IMG/VR virus record: IMGVR_UViG_2687453119_000006 | Location: 1-64,000 of that record | Direction: 5' to 3' (one strand) | DNA from: a virus | Taxonomy: Duplodnaviria > Caudoviricetes | Length of the DNA: 64,000 bases | Shown: piece after piece, positions 8,787 through 18,389 of the stretch | Layout: each line of letters opens with the position of its first letter | Position numbering within the stretch: the stretch's first letter is position 1 | Position numbers and translations under genes: made by a program | The notes under the pieces: model-generated | Told to the model about the DNA's origin: nothing | What the model saw: only the letters and a program-made list of their open reading frames with translations | The model's database searches: none

Positions 8787-9240
8787 TCTTCCCCCTCTTC
8801 GGAAATGGCCGTGACGGCCACTTCTTCTTCGGGCGCTTCGGCTGCGCAGACTCCGGTGCATCCGGATCGACCTTCGCCAGCATCTTGCGCCGGAATTCCT
8901 CAGTTGATTTCGCGATGCGCTTCGTCCGCGCGATCTCAGTGACGTCACCGCGCGTCAGCTCGTCCTTCGAGCCGAAGGTTTTCTGCGCATGACAGTCGGC
9001 GTGTTTTGCCTGGATGAACTCGGGATCGTTCGCCCTCGGAGTCGTGTCCTTGGCTTCAGCGTCCCAGCAGCGCAGCTGCAGCGCGGGGACGTGGTCGAAT
9101 TGCGTGTCGTCGAGCTTGCCCAGCCGCTTGCCGCATTTGGTGCAGAGGCTGTGCTGTCTAATGACCACCTCCAGCTTCACGGTGACCGGGATGGCCTTCC
9201 GGAACCCTGGAGGTGGGGCGAGATCGAGGACTGTTTGCAT
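8734..9240 (-). CDS. HNH endonuclease-like protein (probably leaderless mRNA)
   Basis: CTKCG..FDHVPAL..HADCHAQKT; TTGACT-17-TAGACA promoter ends 6 nt before ATG. Confidence 0.8.
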   Translation of the reverse strand: MQTVLDLAPPPGFRKAIPVTVKLEVVIRQHSLCTKCGKRLGKLDDTQFDHVPALQLRCWDAEAKDTTPRANDPEFIQAKHADCHAQKTFGSKDELTRGDVTEIARTKRIAKSTEEFRRKMLAKVDPDAPESAQPKRPKKKWPSRPFPKRGKNGSPRSRGEEGGPEAEG

Positions 9241-9284
9241 GCCGGTTGTCTATTTGCATTCAAGCAAACAGTCAAGAAAAGGTG

Positions 9285-9467
9285 CTACGGTTCGGGGAGC
9301 GGAAGCGGCACTCTCCCGAGGGCGCCGTCAGGCGTCGGAAGGCCTGGCTTCCACCCGTCATCGCGGGCGCAGCCGTAGCTCTTCGGGCATCCCTCCGGAG
9401 GGCAGAACTTGGTGCTGTCGTGGATGCAACGCCAGCTCGCCCATTCGTCAAGGCCGACCTCAGCCAT
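9285..9467 (-). CDS. Cys-rich hypothetical protein
   Basis: TGATG coupling with upstream gene. Confidence 0.5.
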   Translation of the reverse strand: MAEVGLDEWASWRCIHDSTKFCPPEGCPKSYGCARDDGWKPGLPTPDGALGRVPLPLPEP

Positions 9468-9904
9468 CAGTCCAGCTCAGGGTCGACGTAGAACCGCCAT
9501 TCGAGGCCTTCGCGGTGCCACTGGCCGGCGCATACAGCGATTGCCTTGTGCTCGGCGTTGAAGTCGTTGTCGTTGTCGTGATCCTCGTCGCCGATCAGGT
9601 CGCGCAGCTCCCGCGTGGTGATCAGGGTGCTGGTCCAGTGCAGCTCGTGCTTCTGGTCACCATGGAGGAGAACGATCTTGGCGTGATCGGTCAGGTTCTG
9701 TTCGGCCGCCGAGATGGCGTGGCGCAGGTCAGCCAGCTCCGAGAGGAGGTGAGCGGCATTGTTCTGCCCGCCGGCGGGGTGATAGCTCTGGATGCCAAAT
9801 CTCTCGACCTTGCCGATCGCCTGGAGGGTCTCGCCAGCCTCCTCGACGATTCTGCTGATCTGGCCGGGGAGATCATCGTTGGCGGGAAGTAGCTTGGGGT
9901 TCAT
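9467..9904 (-). CDS. MazG-like domain protein
   Basis: EEAGETLQAIGK..RFG..ELADL motif. Confidence 0.65.
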   Translation of the reverse strand: MNPKLLPANDDLPGQISRIVEEAGETLQAIGKVERFGIQSYHPAGGQNNAAHLLSELADLRHAISAAEQNLTDHAKIVLLHGDQKHELHWTSTLITTRELRDLIGDEDHDNDNDFNAEHKAIAVCAGQWHREGLEWRFYVDPELD

Positions 9905-10122
9905 CGACGCTGTTTCCTTGGGTAGAGAAGTTCAAAAAGGTCCTGCAACCGGCGGACTTCGTTCTCGTCGATGAAGACGCCTTGCAGGGTGGAGCCGGAC
10001 TCGAGCCAGAGCGAGACGCCCTGGCGGTAGTGGTCGCCGCGGTTGTCGTAGGACACCCGCAGCTTCTCGCCGACCTCGCCGTCGAAGGTGACGGTCTGTT
10101 CGTATTTCAGGATGCGCTTCAC
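9901..10122 (-). CDS. Hypothetical phage protein
   Basis: GTG start overlapping upstream stop. Confidence 0.55.
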   Translation of the reverse strand: MKRILKYEQTVTFDGEVGEKLRVSYDNRGDHYRQGVSLWLESGSTLQGVFIDENEVRRLQDLFELLYPRKQRR

Positions 10123-10475
10123 GCCCGGATCTCGATCTTCAGCTTGTCGACCAGGATCTCGTCGACCTTCTTCTTGACGTAGGCGGACACGCACTTGCCG
10201 ACCTGGTCCTCGATCATCTTCCTGATGCGGTCGGCGCTGTACCGGCCGTAGACCACCTTGCTGATGGCCCGCAGGATGTAACCCTCGACCTCTTCCAGAT
10301 CGCGAAAGTGCCGGTTGGTGATGCCCGTGATCTCGGACTCAACCTGGCTGTGGATCGCCTCCCGGCTCAGCCCCATCTCGTTGAACAGGATGTTCCTGAC
10401 AGCCATGTGGATCGCTCGGTGGGAGGGGCGCTGTTCCGTCGTTGGTGTCGATTGCGAAGTCATTTCGATCCTCAT
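10119..10475 (-). CDS. Hypothetical phage protein
   Basis: GC3-rich ORF in operon. Confidence 0.6.
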   Translation of the reverse strand: MRIEMTSQSTPTTEQRPSHRAIHMAVRNILFNEMGLSREAIHSQVESEITGITNRHFRDLEEVEGYILRAISKVVYGRYSADRIRKMIEDQVGKCVSAYVKKKVDEILVDKLKIEIRA

Positions 10476-10731
10476 AGATGGCTTTGACGATGCCGGCTCC
10501 GACGAACCAGGCGATGAGCCTCAGGGCAGGGAGGCGGCGGATACGGGTGCCGTCAGGCTTGACCTGGAAGATCTCCCCGCGGGGAAACTTCGGAGGCGCC
10601 TTCCAGCCCTTCGGCGTGGTGATCAGCACGCCAGCGTCCTCAGCGGGCATGCCGTTCTGCTTGTAGAAGTTGATGCTCTCGACGCACTGTCTGACGACAT
10701 CGAGATACGGAGCATTGCTCTTACCCGGCAT
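10339..10731 (-). CDS. Hypothetical phage protein
   Basis: ATG at 10731 coupled to upstream small ORF; 3' end overlaps next gene. Confidence 0.5.
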   Translation of the reverse strand: MPGKSNAPYLDVVRQCVESINFYKQNGMPAEDAGVLITTPKGWKAPPKFPRGEIFQVKPDGTRIRRLPALRLIAWFVGAGIVKAIYEDRNDFAIDTNDGTAPLPPSDPHGCQEHPVQRDGAEPGGDPQPG

Positions 10732-10861
10732 CAGACGAACTCCGGGTCGTAATAGGTGCCGGGCACGATCCAATCGCTGTGCGACGGACATGCTTCCAGC
10801 CTGACGATGTAGGTGACGAAGCAGCCCTCCCAGTCGCCGATGCGCGGCCAGAAATACTGCA

Positions 10862-11263
10862 TCACGCAGCCTCCGGGACCAGCTTGCGCAGCTCGGCCTT
10901 GACGCGCTCGATGACGCGGAAGGAGAAGTTGTCCGGGTGACGGGGATCGGTGACGATGCCGTCCTCGATCTGGACGTCATCCTCGAGCCCGAAGGCGGTG
11001 TGCGGATTGTCCGCGTGCCAAAGGCCGTAGAAGTTCCGGATGCCCATCGCGGCGAACATCAGGCAGCCGGCGTGCTCGGGCAGGGCTTTGAGCGTGACGG
11101 AGCTGATGTGCAGCGGGAAGCCCCAGCTCTGGGGATCGAGCCAGCGCTCGATGGCCACCGGGTCGGCGGAGACACGCGCCAGGACGTCGGCAACCACCCC
11201 GTCCTCGTCGAGGTAGTGGCCGATGAATTTGATGTCGTTGGGTTCGTGGTCGATCAGGTCCAT
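10862..11263 (-). CDS. Hypothetical phage protein
   Basis: TAATG coupling; GMGIRNFYGLW-like motif (AMGIRNFYGLW). Confidence 0.7.
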   Translation of the reverse strand: MDLIDHEPNDIKFIGHYLDEDGVVADVLARVSADPVAIERWLDPQSWGFPLHISSVTLKALPEHAGCLMFAAMGIRNFYGLWHADNPHTAFGLEDDVQIEDGIVTDPRHPDNFSFRVIERVKAELRKLVPEAA

Positions 11264-11748
11264 TACGCAGCTTCCTTCCAGTTTGCTTCAGTCCTGGCCT
11301 CGTCGAGCAGCTCGTCGATGTCGACTCCCGGGATGATGTGGGTGCTGATGATGTTCACGGCCTCGTCGAAGTATGCCTTGAACACCTCCTCCTTCATCGC
11401 GTCGAACGCGGTGGACGAGGGGATCATGATGATCTCGCCGGCCGTGGTCATGATCGGCTCGGTCACGCCGCAGCCCAGGAGCAGCGTCTTGTGGAGGCTG
11501 TCCTCGCTGACGAACATGTCGGTATTCTTCACGACCTGCCGGAGCAGGACGCGGTACAGCCGATGACGCGGCTGGCTGCGCTGCTGGGCCACGTTGACCC
11601 GCAGCACCTTGTTGAAGGGCATCTGTTCGAACGCCTCGCGGTCATAGTTCGCGTAGGGTTGCAGAAGCCCGTCCTCGTTCTTGATGACGTAGATCCAAGG
11701 GTTGTTGGACTTGCTGTTGGCCTTGCTCATGCTCTGGTCATCGGTCAA
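11263..11748 (-). CDS. DUF1367/NinB-like recombination-region protein
   Basis: RSQPRHRLY, IPSSTAFDAMKEEVF..YFDEA. Confidence 0.7.
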   Translation of the reverse strand: MTDDQSMSKANSKSNNPWIYVIKNEDGLLQPYANYDREAFEQMPFNKVLRVNVAQQRSQPRHRLYRVLLRQVVKNTDMFVSEDSLHKTLLLGCGVTEPIMTTAGEIIMIPSSTAFDAMKEEVFKAYFDEAVNIISTHIIPGVDIDELLDEARTEANWKEAA

Positions 11749-12002
11749 ATAGCCGCTCGGCGACGTGACGCCCGCGCTCTTCTCTGTTTCGGTTGCGATT
11801 GAGGGTTATCGGTCGCGATCTCTTCCAAGATGGCGATCCGTTCCTTGCAGGCCTCGACGAGGAGATCGATTTGCTCTTGCGACAGCCCGTACTGCTCGCG
11901 ACGGACCCGCTCAGTCGCCCACCAGTCCCGAAGGCCTGATGGGCTCTGAGCCAGAGTGATCCCCCATGAGGCCAACTGGACGTAGGCCTCAGCCGGGGTC
12001 AT
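11745..12002 (-). CDS. Hypothetical phage protein
   Basis: ATGA coupling. Confidence 0.6.
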   Translation of the reverse strand: MTPAEAYVQLASWGITLAQSPSGLRDWWATERVRREQYGLSQEQIDLLVEACKERIAILEEIATDNPQSQPKQRRARASRRRAAI

Positions 12003-12772
12003 GCTGCGTCGGACTTGCTGTCCCTGTTAGCCTTCAGCTCCTTCGAGCGGTCGTTGGCCTTCTTGCGCAGGAACTTCTCGTCATCGATGTGGAGCTTGGC
12101 GAGATCGGTTTTGAACTCCTCCGATCCGACCAGGGTCAGCACGTCCTTGTTGGTCGCGCATTCCTTGATCGCCTTTTCCCACTTGTCGATCAGCCCATCC
12201 GCTTCCTCGGCGGTCAGGGCAGGGGCGGAGCCCTCGTCCTTCTGCGCCGGCCGGTCATCGCGACGATCGCCACCGCGCTTGTTGTCGTTGGCGAACTCGT
12301 CCTCGTCCCGGAAGTCGGCCTTCAGATCGCGGACGTAGCCGTTGTCGTCGTACATGCCGAGGTGGATGTCCGCCGCAAAGCCCAGGGTCGACAGGCTCTT
12401 GGAGAGCGCGTCGGTCAGCGACTTCTTGGGTGCCTCTTCGTCGGTGAAGTAACCGTTGCGGTTCTTGCCGACGAACTGGGTCTGACCGAAGTGCTCGATC
12501 TCGCCGCGCTTGCCGTTCCACTCGTACCAGAGCTTGATGCGCAGGACGTGGACGATGTCCTTGTCCTGGCCGGGCTGGTACGTCTCCTCGATGATGTTCC
12601 AACCCCAGCCGATGCCGATCGGGCCGAACATCTTGGTGGCCTTCTTGATCAGGTAGGTGGCGTTGGTCGCCGTGCCCTTGAAACCGCCGCCGCGGCTGAA
12701 CTGCTTGGTGTACTCGGGGTCGGTGCGCTCGACCTCGTTCCAGATTGCGAGATTGTCGTTGCTGTTGCTCAT
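11999..12772 (-). CDS. Rad52/Sak-like single-strand annealing protein
   Basis: FGPIGIGWGW, DEEAPKKSLTDALSK..LGFAADIHLG; next to YqaJ. Confidence 0.75.
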   Translation of the reverse strand: MSNSNDNLAIWNEVERTDPEYTKQFSRGGGFKGTATNATYLIKKATKMFGPIGIGWGWNIIEETYQPGQDKDIVHVLRIKLWYEWNGKRGEIEHFGQTQFVGKNRNGYFTDEEAPKKSLTDALSKSLSTLGFAADIHLGMYDDNGYVRDLKADFRDEDEFANDNKRGGDRRDDRPAQKDEGSAPALTAEEADGLIDKWEKAIKECATNKDVLTLVGSEEFKTDLAKLHIDDEKFLRKKANDRSKELKANRDSKSDAA

Positions 12773-12807
12773 CGCGCGTCCTCGTTGGTGATGGTGAAGG
12801 GAGGCGG

Positions 12808-13773
12808 TTAGGCCGCCTCCGCCGTGTCCTTGTTGTTGTCGTTGTCGCCCTTCTTCTTCCGGGGCTTCGCCGACGACGATTTCTTCGACGGAGGCGGGAA
12901 GATCCCCAGCTCCTCGTCGATCTTCTTGACCTGCTCCTTGTCGATATCGATCAGCAGCTTGCCGTCCTTCGACAGCTTCACCGTCACACCCTTGCCAGAC
13001 GCTTCCTTTGCGTCGGCCGGCATCAGGTTCTTGATCGCCTTCTTCGAGGACTCGTGTTTCTTGGCTGCCGTGGCCGTCTTCTTCAGCCACTCGGCGTGCT
13101 CGCCCCACTCGTTGCTCTGGTTCATGTCGACCACGCGGATGCGGTCGACGAGCGGCACAACGATCTCCGGCGTGCCCGGCATCTGCCCGGTCTCGACGCA
13201 CTTCCAGAAGTCCTGCTCAGCCTTGAGCAGCTCGGAGTGATAGAAGACGTCCGCCTCGATCTCGGCCTTGTACCACTGCGCAGCACCCGTCAGGATCGAC
13301 AGGTAGGCGACCGGCTGATCCGTCACCATCATGTTGTGCTGGCACTGCGGGTAGTACTTCTCGATCGCCTTCTCGATGTCGAAGCCGAACGGGAACATGA
13401 ACTTGAACTCGACAACCGCGAACGGGTCGGAGGTCGGAGTCTCGCGCACGAGGCCGTCAAGCGTGGTGTGCGCCTTATCCCACTCGGGATAGTGGACCTT
13501 GCGCTGCTCGTCGGTGACCCACCAGCCGGTCTCCTTCTCGAAGAGGTCGGCGTTGAGCGGCTCGGTCAGATTGCCGAGGTTGACGAGGATGACCTCACTC
13601 ATGTCGAGCGGCGGGATCTCGCCGCGCTTCTCGCGCCAGAGACGTTCGATCGCCTTCTGGTCGCCTGACATGATGATCTTGGCGTCCGATCCACCGATAG
13701 ACGACATGCGCGCCTTGCGGGCTTCTTCGGACATGCCGATGTGGCCGGTACGGCGATAGCTGGGCGGTTGCAT
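12808..13773 (-). CDS. YqaJ-like recombination exonuclease
   Basis: IGGSDA, LWREK, GNLTEP, TLDG, VEFK, YYPQCQH. Confidence 0.88.
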   Translation of the reverse strand: MQPPSYRRTGHIGMSEEARKARMSSIGGSDAKIIMSGDQKAIERLWREKRGEIPPLDMSEVILVNLGNLTEPLNADLFEKETGWWVTDEQRKVHYPEWDKAHTTLDGLVRETPTSDPFAVVEFKFMFPFGFDIEKAIEKYYPQCQHNMMVTDQPVAYLSILTGAAQWYKAEIEADVFYHSELLKAEQDFWKCVETGQMPGTPEIVVPLVDRIRVVDMNQSNEWGEHAEWLKKTATAAKKHESSKKAIKNLMPADAKEASGKGVTVKLSKDGKLLIDIDKEQVKKIDEELGIFPPPSKKSSSAKPRKKKGDNDNNKDTAEAA

Positions 13774-13803
13774 TTGCAAATCTCCTTGCATTCAAGCAAA
13801 CGA

Positions 13804-14493
13804 TTAGGCGCGGTAATCCAGCCAGATGGCCTTATCACCGAGGGTTTCGACGAATGCGGCGTGTGCCGCGCGGTCCTGGTCGGTCACTCTCGGCGCCAGC
13901 GGAATGGTGCGTGGCCGAATGAGAGGCCGGACAGTTTCAGGTTCTTCCTCAGTAGCGACGTTCAGCTCCATGCCGAACTGTCTGCCGCCGAGCATTTCGA
14001 CGTAGACCTCCGCGAGGAGTCCGGCGTCGAGTAGGGCGCCGTGCTCCTTACGCTTCGAATTGTCGACGTCGTAGGTGGAGCAAAGCGCATCGAGCGTGTG
14101 ACGAGCCCGCGGCTTGGCCTTCTTCGCCATCTCCAGGGTGTCGATCACTTCGTTCTTCAACGGAGCGTAGCCGAGCCGGTCCAGCTCCTCGTTCAGCATG
14201 CCGATGTCGAACGCGGCATTGTGCGCCACGAGCGGCGAGTCGCCGATGTATTCGAGGAACCGGTCCACGATCCGCTTGAAGGTGGGCTTCGTCGACAGGA
14301 AGACGTCGCCGATGCCGTGAACCTTGAAGGCCTGAGGATGAACCTTCTGACCCTGCGGATTGACGTACTTGTGGTAGTTTCGACCGGTGGGCATGAGGTC
14401 GATCAGCTCGACGCAGCCGATCTCGATCACGCGGTCGACCTTGCGGTCTAGCCCCGTGGTCTCGGTGTCGATGACGACCTCTCTTCTCTTCAA
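13804..14493 (-). CDS. dnaQ: DNA polymerase III epsilon-like 3'-5' exonuclease
   Basis: DTETTG, AHNAAFD, HGALLDA; TTG start with SD GAGGAG. Confidence 0.92.
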   Translation of the reverse strand: MKRREVVIDTETTGLDRKVDRVIEIGCVELIDLMPTGRNYHKYVNPQGQKVHPQAFKVHGIGDVFLSTKPTFKRIVDRFLEYIGDSPLVAHNAAFDIGMLNEELDRLGYAPLKNEVIDTLEMAKKAKPRARHTLDALCSTYDVDNSKRKEHGALLDAGLLAEVYVEMLGGRQFGMELNVATEEEPETVRPLIRPRTIPLAPRVTDQDRAAHAAFVETLGDKAIWLDYRA

Positions 14494-14729
14494 AACGATC
14501 TCCTCGTGCGGGGATCGATGCGGTCCTGCCGCATCTGCGCATCGAGCAGCTCCTGCGCTCGATCCATGACTGCTTGGTGGGCATCGAACGTGGCGCTGAG
14601 CGCCAGCTCGATCTCTCCGGTGTTGCCGGCGAGGTAGGAGCCTTCCCACCGCTTGATCGTGCCCTGGTACACACGATGGGCGGACTGGAGGCGCAGGTAC
14701 GCCTCCGTCTCTTCCTGGCTACGCGCCAT
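14490..14729 (-). CDS. Hypothetical phage protein
   Basis: SD GAGG; coupled. Confidence 0.6.
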   Translation of the reverse strand: MARSQEETEAYLRLQSAHRVYQGTIKRWEGSYLAGNTGEIELALSATFDAHQAVMDRAQELLDAQMRQDRIDPRTRRSF

Positions 14730-15309
14730 TGTGGACCTCACGGAACGTGAGACCTTCCGCCGGCACGATCTGCATCTCGTTCTTCAGCCCGGTCAGGATG
14801 AAGCCAACGGTCCGCGTTCGGATCTCGGTGATGTTCTGGCGGTTTGGCTTGCGGGTGGGACAGTATAGCCGGTGAACGCCTTCCTTATCCCCGCCGCGAG
14901 CCAGCGCGATAGCTGCCTTGGTAAGTCGATCTGCCAGGCGTGCAGCATTGCACCAACGCATCCAGCCAAGGACGCCAAGGGCTCGGTCGGCGTCGTTGCG
15001 CTGGGGTGATGTCTTTGTTGTTCCGTCATAGGGCTTCATCGCGCTCAACAAGCGGATACGTTCGATCTCTTGCAGATCGGCGCGGGTCATGCCGATCATG
15101 TTCCAGCCACCTGACCGGTTGCCGGACGTCAGCCAGCGCCGCTCATTGTCTGGAGTCTTGTCGATCACCGCGACAGCTTCCTCTAGGAGCTGCCAGATGA
15201 CGTCACTGTGTTTTGCGCGATCGCCCTTCAGGTCAACGGCCAGCTCACCACCATGGGCGAGCCAGCCGAGGGCCGTGATGCGATCCTCAAGCGAGGACGA
15301 GGTTGTCAT
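14719..15309 (-). CDS. Hypothetical protein, possible DUF6362-like regulator
   Basis: LEEAVAVI..P..ADRALGVLGWMRW pattern. Confidence 0.55.
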   Translation of the reverse strand: MTTSSSLEDRITALGWLAHGGELAVDLKGDRAKHSDVIWQLLEEAVAVIDKTPDNERRWLTSGNRSGGWNMIGMTRADLQEIERIRLLSAMKPYDGTTKTSPQRNDADRALGVLGWMRWCNAARLADRLTKAAIALARGGDKEGVHRLYCPTRKPNRQNITEIRTRTVGFILTGLKNEMQIVPAEGLTFREVHNGA

Positions 15310-15646
15310 GCGGGGTTTCCGAGACCTTCGATTGGCCGGGGTAGGACTGCCGGCGACGGGTGGCGCGGTACTCGTAGATGCTCTCGCCGATCCGGAACTG
15401 GGTCAGCGACAGCTCGCCGGCCTTGGCATCACGCATGATGCGGTCGGCGATGACGTTGAGCATGTTGATGCGCTGGCGATCGGCCGTGCGCAGAACATCG
15501 CTCTCGGGGATCACGACTTGGCGGTCGTACTGGAGGTCGCCCCGCCAGTAGACAAGGACGTCGCCGCTGGAGGCGGCCTGGAGCCAGTCGTAGTATTCGC
15601 CGAGGGCACCGGTATCGACTTCGAGGACGGTTCGGTTGCGAGCCAT
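15287..15646 (-). CDS. Hypothetical phage protein
   Basis: SD GGAGG; GD.LVY.RG.L..DR motif. Confidence 0.7.
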   Translation of the reverse strand: MARNRTVLEVDTGALGEYYDWLQAASSGDVLVYWRGDLQYDRQVVIPESDVLRTADRQRINMLNVIADRIMRDAKAGELSLTQFRIGESIYEYRATRRRQSYPGQSKVSETPHDNLVLA

Positions 15647-15647
15647 C

Positions 15648-15980
15648 TCAGTCCTCCAGGACCAGCGCCTTGACCAGATCGGCCTGGACGCTTGCGAGGA
15701 TCGAGATGCCCTCGATGATCCGCCCGAGCTGGGCGACGGCCTCGCGCTTGTGGGCGCGGTCGATCTGGGCTGCCAGCTCTTCGTCGGCCTCCAGCATCGC
15801 CTCGGCGATGATCTGGTCGAGGATGTCTTCAGTCGGACCGTCGAAGACCTCGTCGTTGTCGTTGTCGAACGGCGGCAGCTCAGAGCTGTCGACCAGGACG
15901 AAGCCCTGCTGACGGGCGGCTTCTTCCAGCGCTCGGGTGAAGTCGTTGAGCGTCACTCCGCCCATGGAATCGGTTCTCAT
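15648..15980 (-). CDS. Acidic hypothetical protein
   Basis: SD GGAG; own promoter and operator. Confidence 0.65.
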   Translation of the reverse strand: MRTDSMGGVTLNDFTRALEEAARQQGFVLVDSSELPPFDNDNDEVFDGPTEDILDQIIAEAMLEADEELAAQIDRAHKREAVAQLGRIIEGISILASVQADLVKALVLED

Positions 15981-16018
15981 TCTCGCTCCGGTGTTTGCAT
16001 GCATGCAAATGATAAGAC

Positions 16019-16062
16019 AAAGAAAGGGCGCCCCTTGCACGCCGAACCCAGAGGGGCGCCCC
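16019..16062 (-). terminator. Terminator after ssb
   Basis: GGGCGCCCCT...AGGGGCGCCC stem then TTTCTTT on minus strand. Confidence 0.65.
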
Positions 16063-16132
16063 TTCATATTCCCCACTAGGGGAAGCTCAGATGTAGCCGA
16101 ACCTCATTCGGTCCAGCACCGACAGCCGTTCG

Positions 16133-16771
16133 TTAAAACGGGATGTCATCATCCATGTCGTTGTTGTCGCGGCGGCTGTTGTTGCCACCGCGCGAACCGC
16201 GGTCATCGCCACCGCGATCGTCACGGTCGTCGCGACGCGAGCTGCGGCTCGAAGCGCGGCTGCCACCGCGGTCATCGTCGCGGCCACCGCGATCATCGTC
16301 GCGGGAGGAGCGGGACGAGCGGCTCGACGAGGAGCGGCTGTCGCCACCACGGTCATCGTCGCGATCGCGCGAGTTCGAGCGGCTGCTGCCACGCGAGTTG
16401 CCGCCGCCGTTGCTGTTGTCGTTGTCGTACGACAGCTTCATCAGCGCGTCGATCGGCGCGAACTTCGGGATCACGATCTCGAAGGCGGTACGCTCGTTGC
16501 CGTCCTTGTCATCGTATTTCCGCGACTGGATCTTGCCCTCCAGGCGAACCATGTCGCCCTTCTTCAGGTACTTGTCGACGAACTCGATCGTCTTCTCGTT
16601 CCAGACGGTGATGTTGTGCCACTCGGTGCGCTCCTGGCGCTCGCCGTCGCGGTCCTTCCAGGTCTCGGAGGTCGCGACGCTGAAGTTCGCCACCTGTCCG
16701 TTCTGAAGGTTTCGGACCTCGGGATCTTTCCCGAGGCGGCCGATCAGTTCAACTTTGTTCAGTGAAGCCAT
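16133..16771 (-). CDS. ssb: Single-stranded DNA-binding protein
   Basis: SLNKVELIGRLGKDPE, ATSETWKD, TEWH, C-terminal DDDIPF. Confidence 0.97.
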   Translation of the reverse strand: MASLNKVELIGRLGKDPEVRNLQNGQVANFSVATSETWKDRDGERQERTEWHNITVWNEKTIEFVDKYLKKGDMVRLEGKIQSRKYDDKDGNERTAFEIVIPKFAPIDALMKLSYDNDNSNGGGNSRGSSRSNSRDRDDDRGGDSRSSSSRSSRSSRDDDRGGRDDDRGGSRASSRSSRRDDRDDRGGDDRGSRGGNNSRRDNNDMDDDIPF

Positions 16772-16835
16772 TGTTGGTCTCTCTCCTTAGTTCGGTTCGC
16801 ATTACCACGCCGTTTGCATTCAAGCAAATAGTTCG

Positions 16836-18389
16836 TCAAAAGTCGTGCGGCCGGAAGAGGCCGGTAGACTCGTCGAACGACAGGTTCACGCAGCCGGTGT
16901 TGCCGGCGATGCGCTTCAGGCGGACCTTTTGGATCCAGACCTGTCTGGCGCTCGAATCCGGATCCTCCGCATGGACGACGATGCCGAGGTCGGCCTTGTT
17001 CGCCCAGTGCGCAGAGTCCGAGATGTCGTACAGCCCGGGGACTGTATCGGGTGCGATCTTCGTGGGGTGAGCCACGACGCAGACCGCGCAACCGAACATC
17101 TTCCCGAACCGCTTCAACTCCTTGATCGCTTTGCCGACGTATTCCGTCAGCGACATGTTGCCCGGCCGGTTGTGCTCCAGCTCGTTCCACGGGTCGATCA
17201 ACAGCAGCTTGACGCCATCGCGGAACACCGCGGTAGCAGCTCGATCGAGAACGAACTTGACGTCCATCGTGACATCCGCCGCCGTGTCATCGTAGTCGAT
17301 GAAGCGGAAGTATCTCTCGACGAACGCCTCGGCTCTCTTCCGATCCTCGAACGACCAGTTCTTGCGTTCCTTCTCCAGGAACGCGGTCATCAGTTCGTTG
17401 GCCAGGAACGGCTTGACCGCCTTCTCACCGGAGAAGATCGCGCACGGCCACTTGTGGATCTTGGCCAGGAGCACCGCCGCCTGGTTGATCAGCGTCGACT
17501 TACCGACGTTGGGCACGCCGGTCGCGACGATAAACTGGCCGGCGTAGAACTTCATCTTGTCGTCCAGCTCCTTCGAGATGCCGATCTCGGCCATCGTCGG
17601 GATCTCCATCTCCGGATAGTCCGAGAGACGGAAGAGGCCCTTCACCGGCCATGGCTTGGCATTGTCGATCACGTCGCGGACAGCTTGCTCTCCGAGGTGC
17701 TTTTTGACCTCGTTGAGGTCCTTGCAGGCGCGCAGGGCGCCCTTCTTCTTCTTGTCGGGCACCACGAGATCGGTGGGATACTCGACCCAGAAGCACTTCG
17801 CCGGACCGAGACGTCTGACCAGCTCCTTGGCCAGCCGGCCGCCGGGCTCGTCACCATCGGTCGCGATGATGTGCGTCTTCACCCGCATGATCCGTTCCAT
17901 CAGACGGGCCATGAACGCGAACTTGTCGTCGTCCTCGGGGTCGATATCCCGGTCGTCATCCGGAACGGCGATCAGCTTGCCGTTCTTGTCGCGGGCAGGG
18001 GGCGCACCATCCGGCACGGAGATGACCGTCAGGTAGCCGCATTCGAGAGCGGCGATGGTGTCGAATTCACCCTCCGTCCAGATGAGCGAGTCCAGACCCT
18101 CTTCGAGCCGGGCGAGGATCGCATCGTCGAGCAGGACGTTGGCATTGTAGACGGTCTTCACAGCGCCTTTGCGCTGCATGAACATCCGGATGCCGTCCTG
18201 CTGCCAGCGGTATTTGGTGTTGACCTCGACATCGCCCTCGAAGAAGGGGATGCAGAGGATGTTGCCGTCTGGGTCAGCTTCGATTGACCCATCGCGCAAG
18301 CGAAGCCCGCTGTAGAGCCCCATATCCGCCGCCTTCTCGACGCTCAGGCCGCGGTCCTCGATCCCCCGAGCGTGTTTTTCGTTCAGCAT
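16836..18389 (-). CDS. TOPRIM primase plus DnaB/Twinkle-like helicase lacking Zn-binding domain
   Basis: TEGEFD, SVPDGA, ATDGDEPG, KDLNE; Walker A GVPNVGKS; LLIDPW; VAHP; own SD GGAG. Confidence 0.88.
   Translation of the reverse strand: MLNEKHARGIEDRGLSVEKAADMGLYSGLRLRDGSIEADPDGNILCIPFFEGDVEVNTKYRWQQDGIRMFMQRKGAVKTVYNANVLLDDAILARLEEGLDSLIWTEGEFDTIAALECGYLTVISVPDGAPPARDKNGKLIAVPDDDRDIDPEDDDKFAFMARLMERIMRVKTHIIATDGDEPGGRLAKELVRRLGPAKCFWVEYPTDLVVPDKKKKGALRACKDLNEVKKHLGEQAVRDVIDNAKPWPVKGLFRLSDYPEMEIPTMAEIGISKELDDKMKFYAGQFIVATGVPNVGKSTLINQAAVLLAKIHKWPCAIFSGEKAVKPFLANELMTAFLEKERKNWSFEDRKRAEAFVERYFRFIDYDDTAADVTMDVKFVLDRAATAVFRDGVKLLLIDPWNELEHNRPGNMSLTEYVGKAIKELKRFGKMFGCAVCVVAHPTKIAPDTVPGLYDISDSAHWANKADLGIVVHAEDPDSSARQVWIQKVRLKRIAGNTGCVNLSFDESTGLFRPHDF

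Noticed and set aside
16160-16420. Repetitive DNA in ssb (DDRGG / SSRS units)
   Set aside because: Ordinary low-complexity SSB linker.
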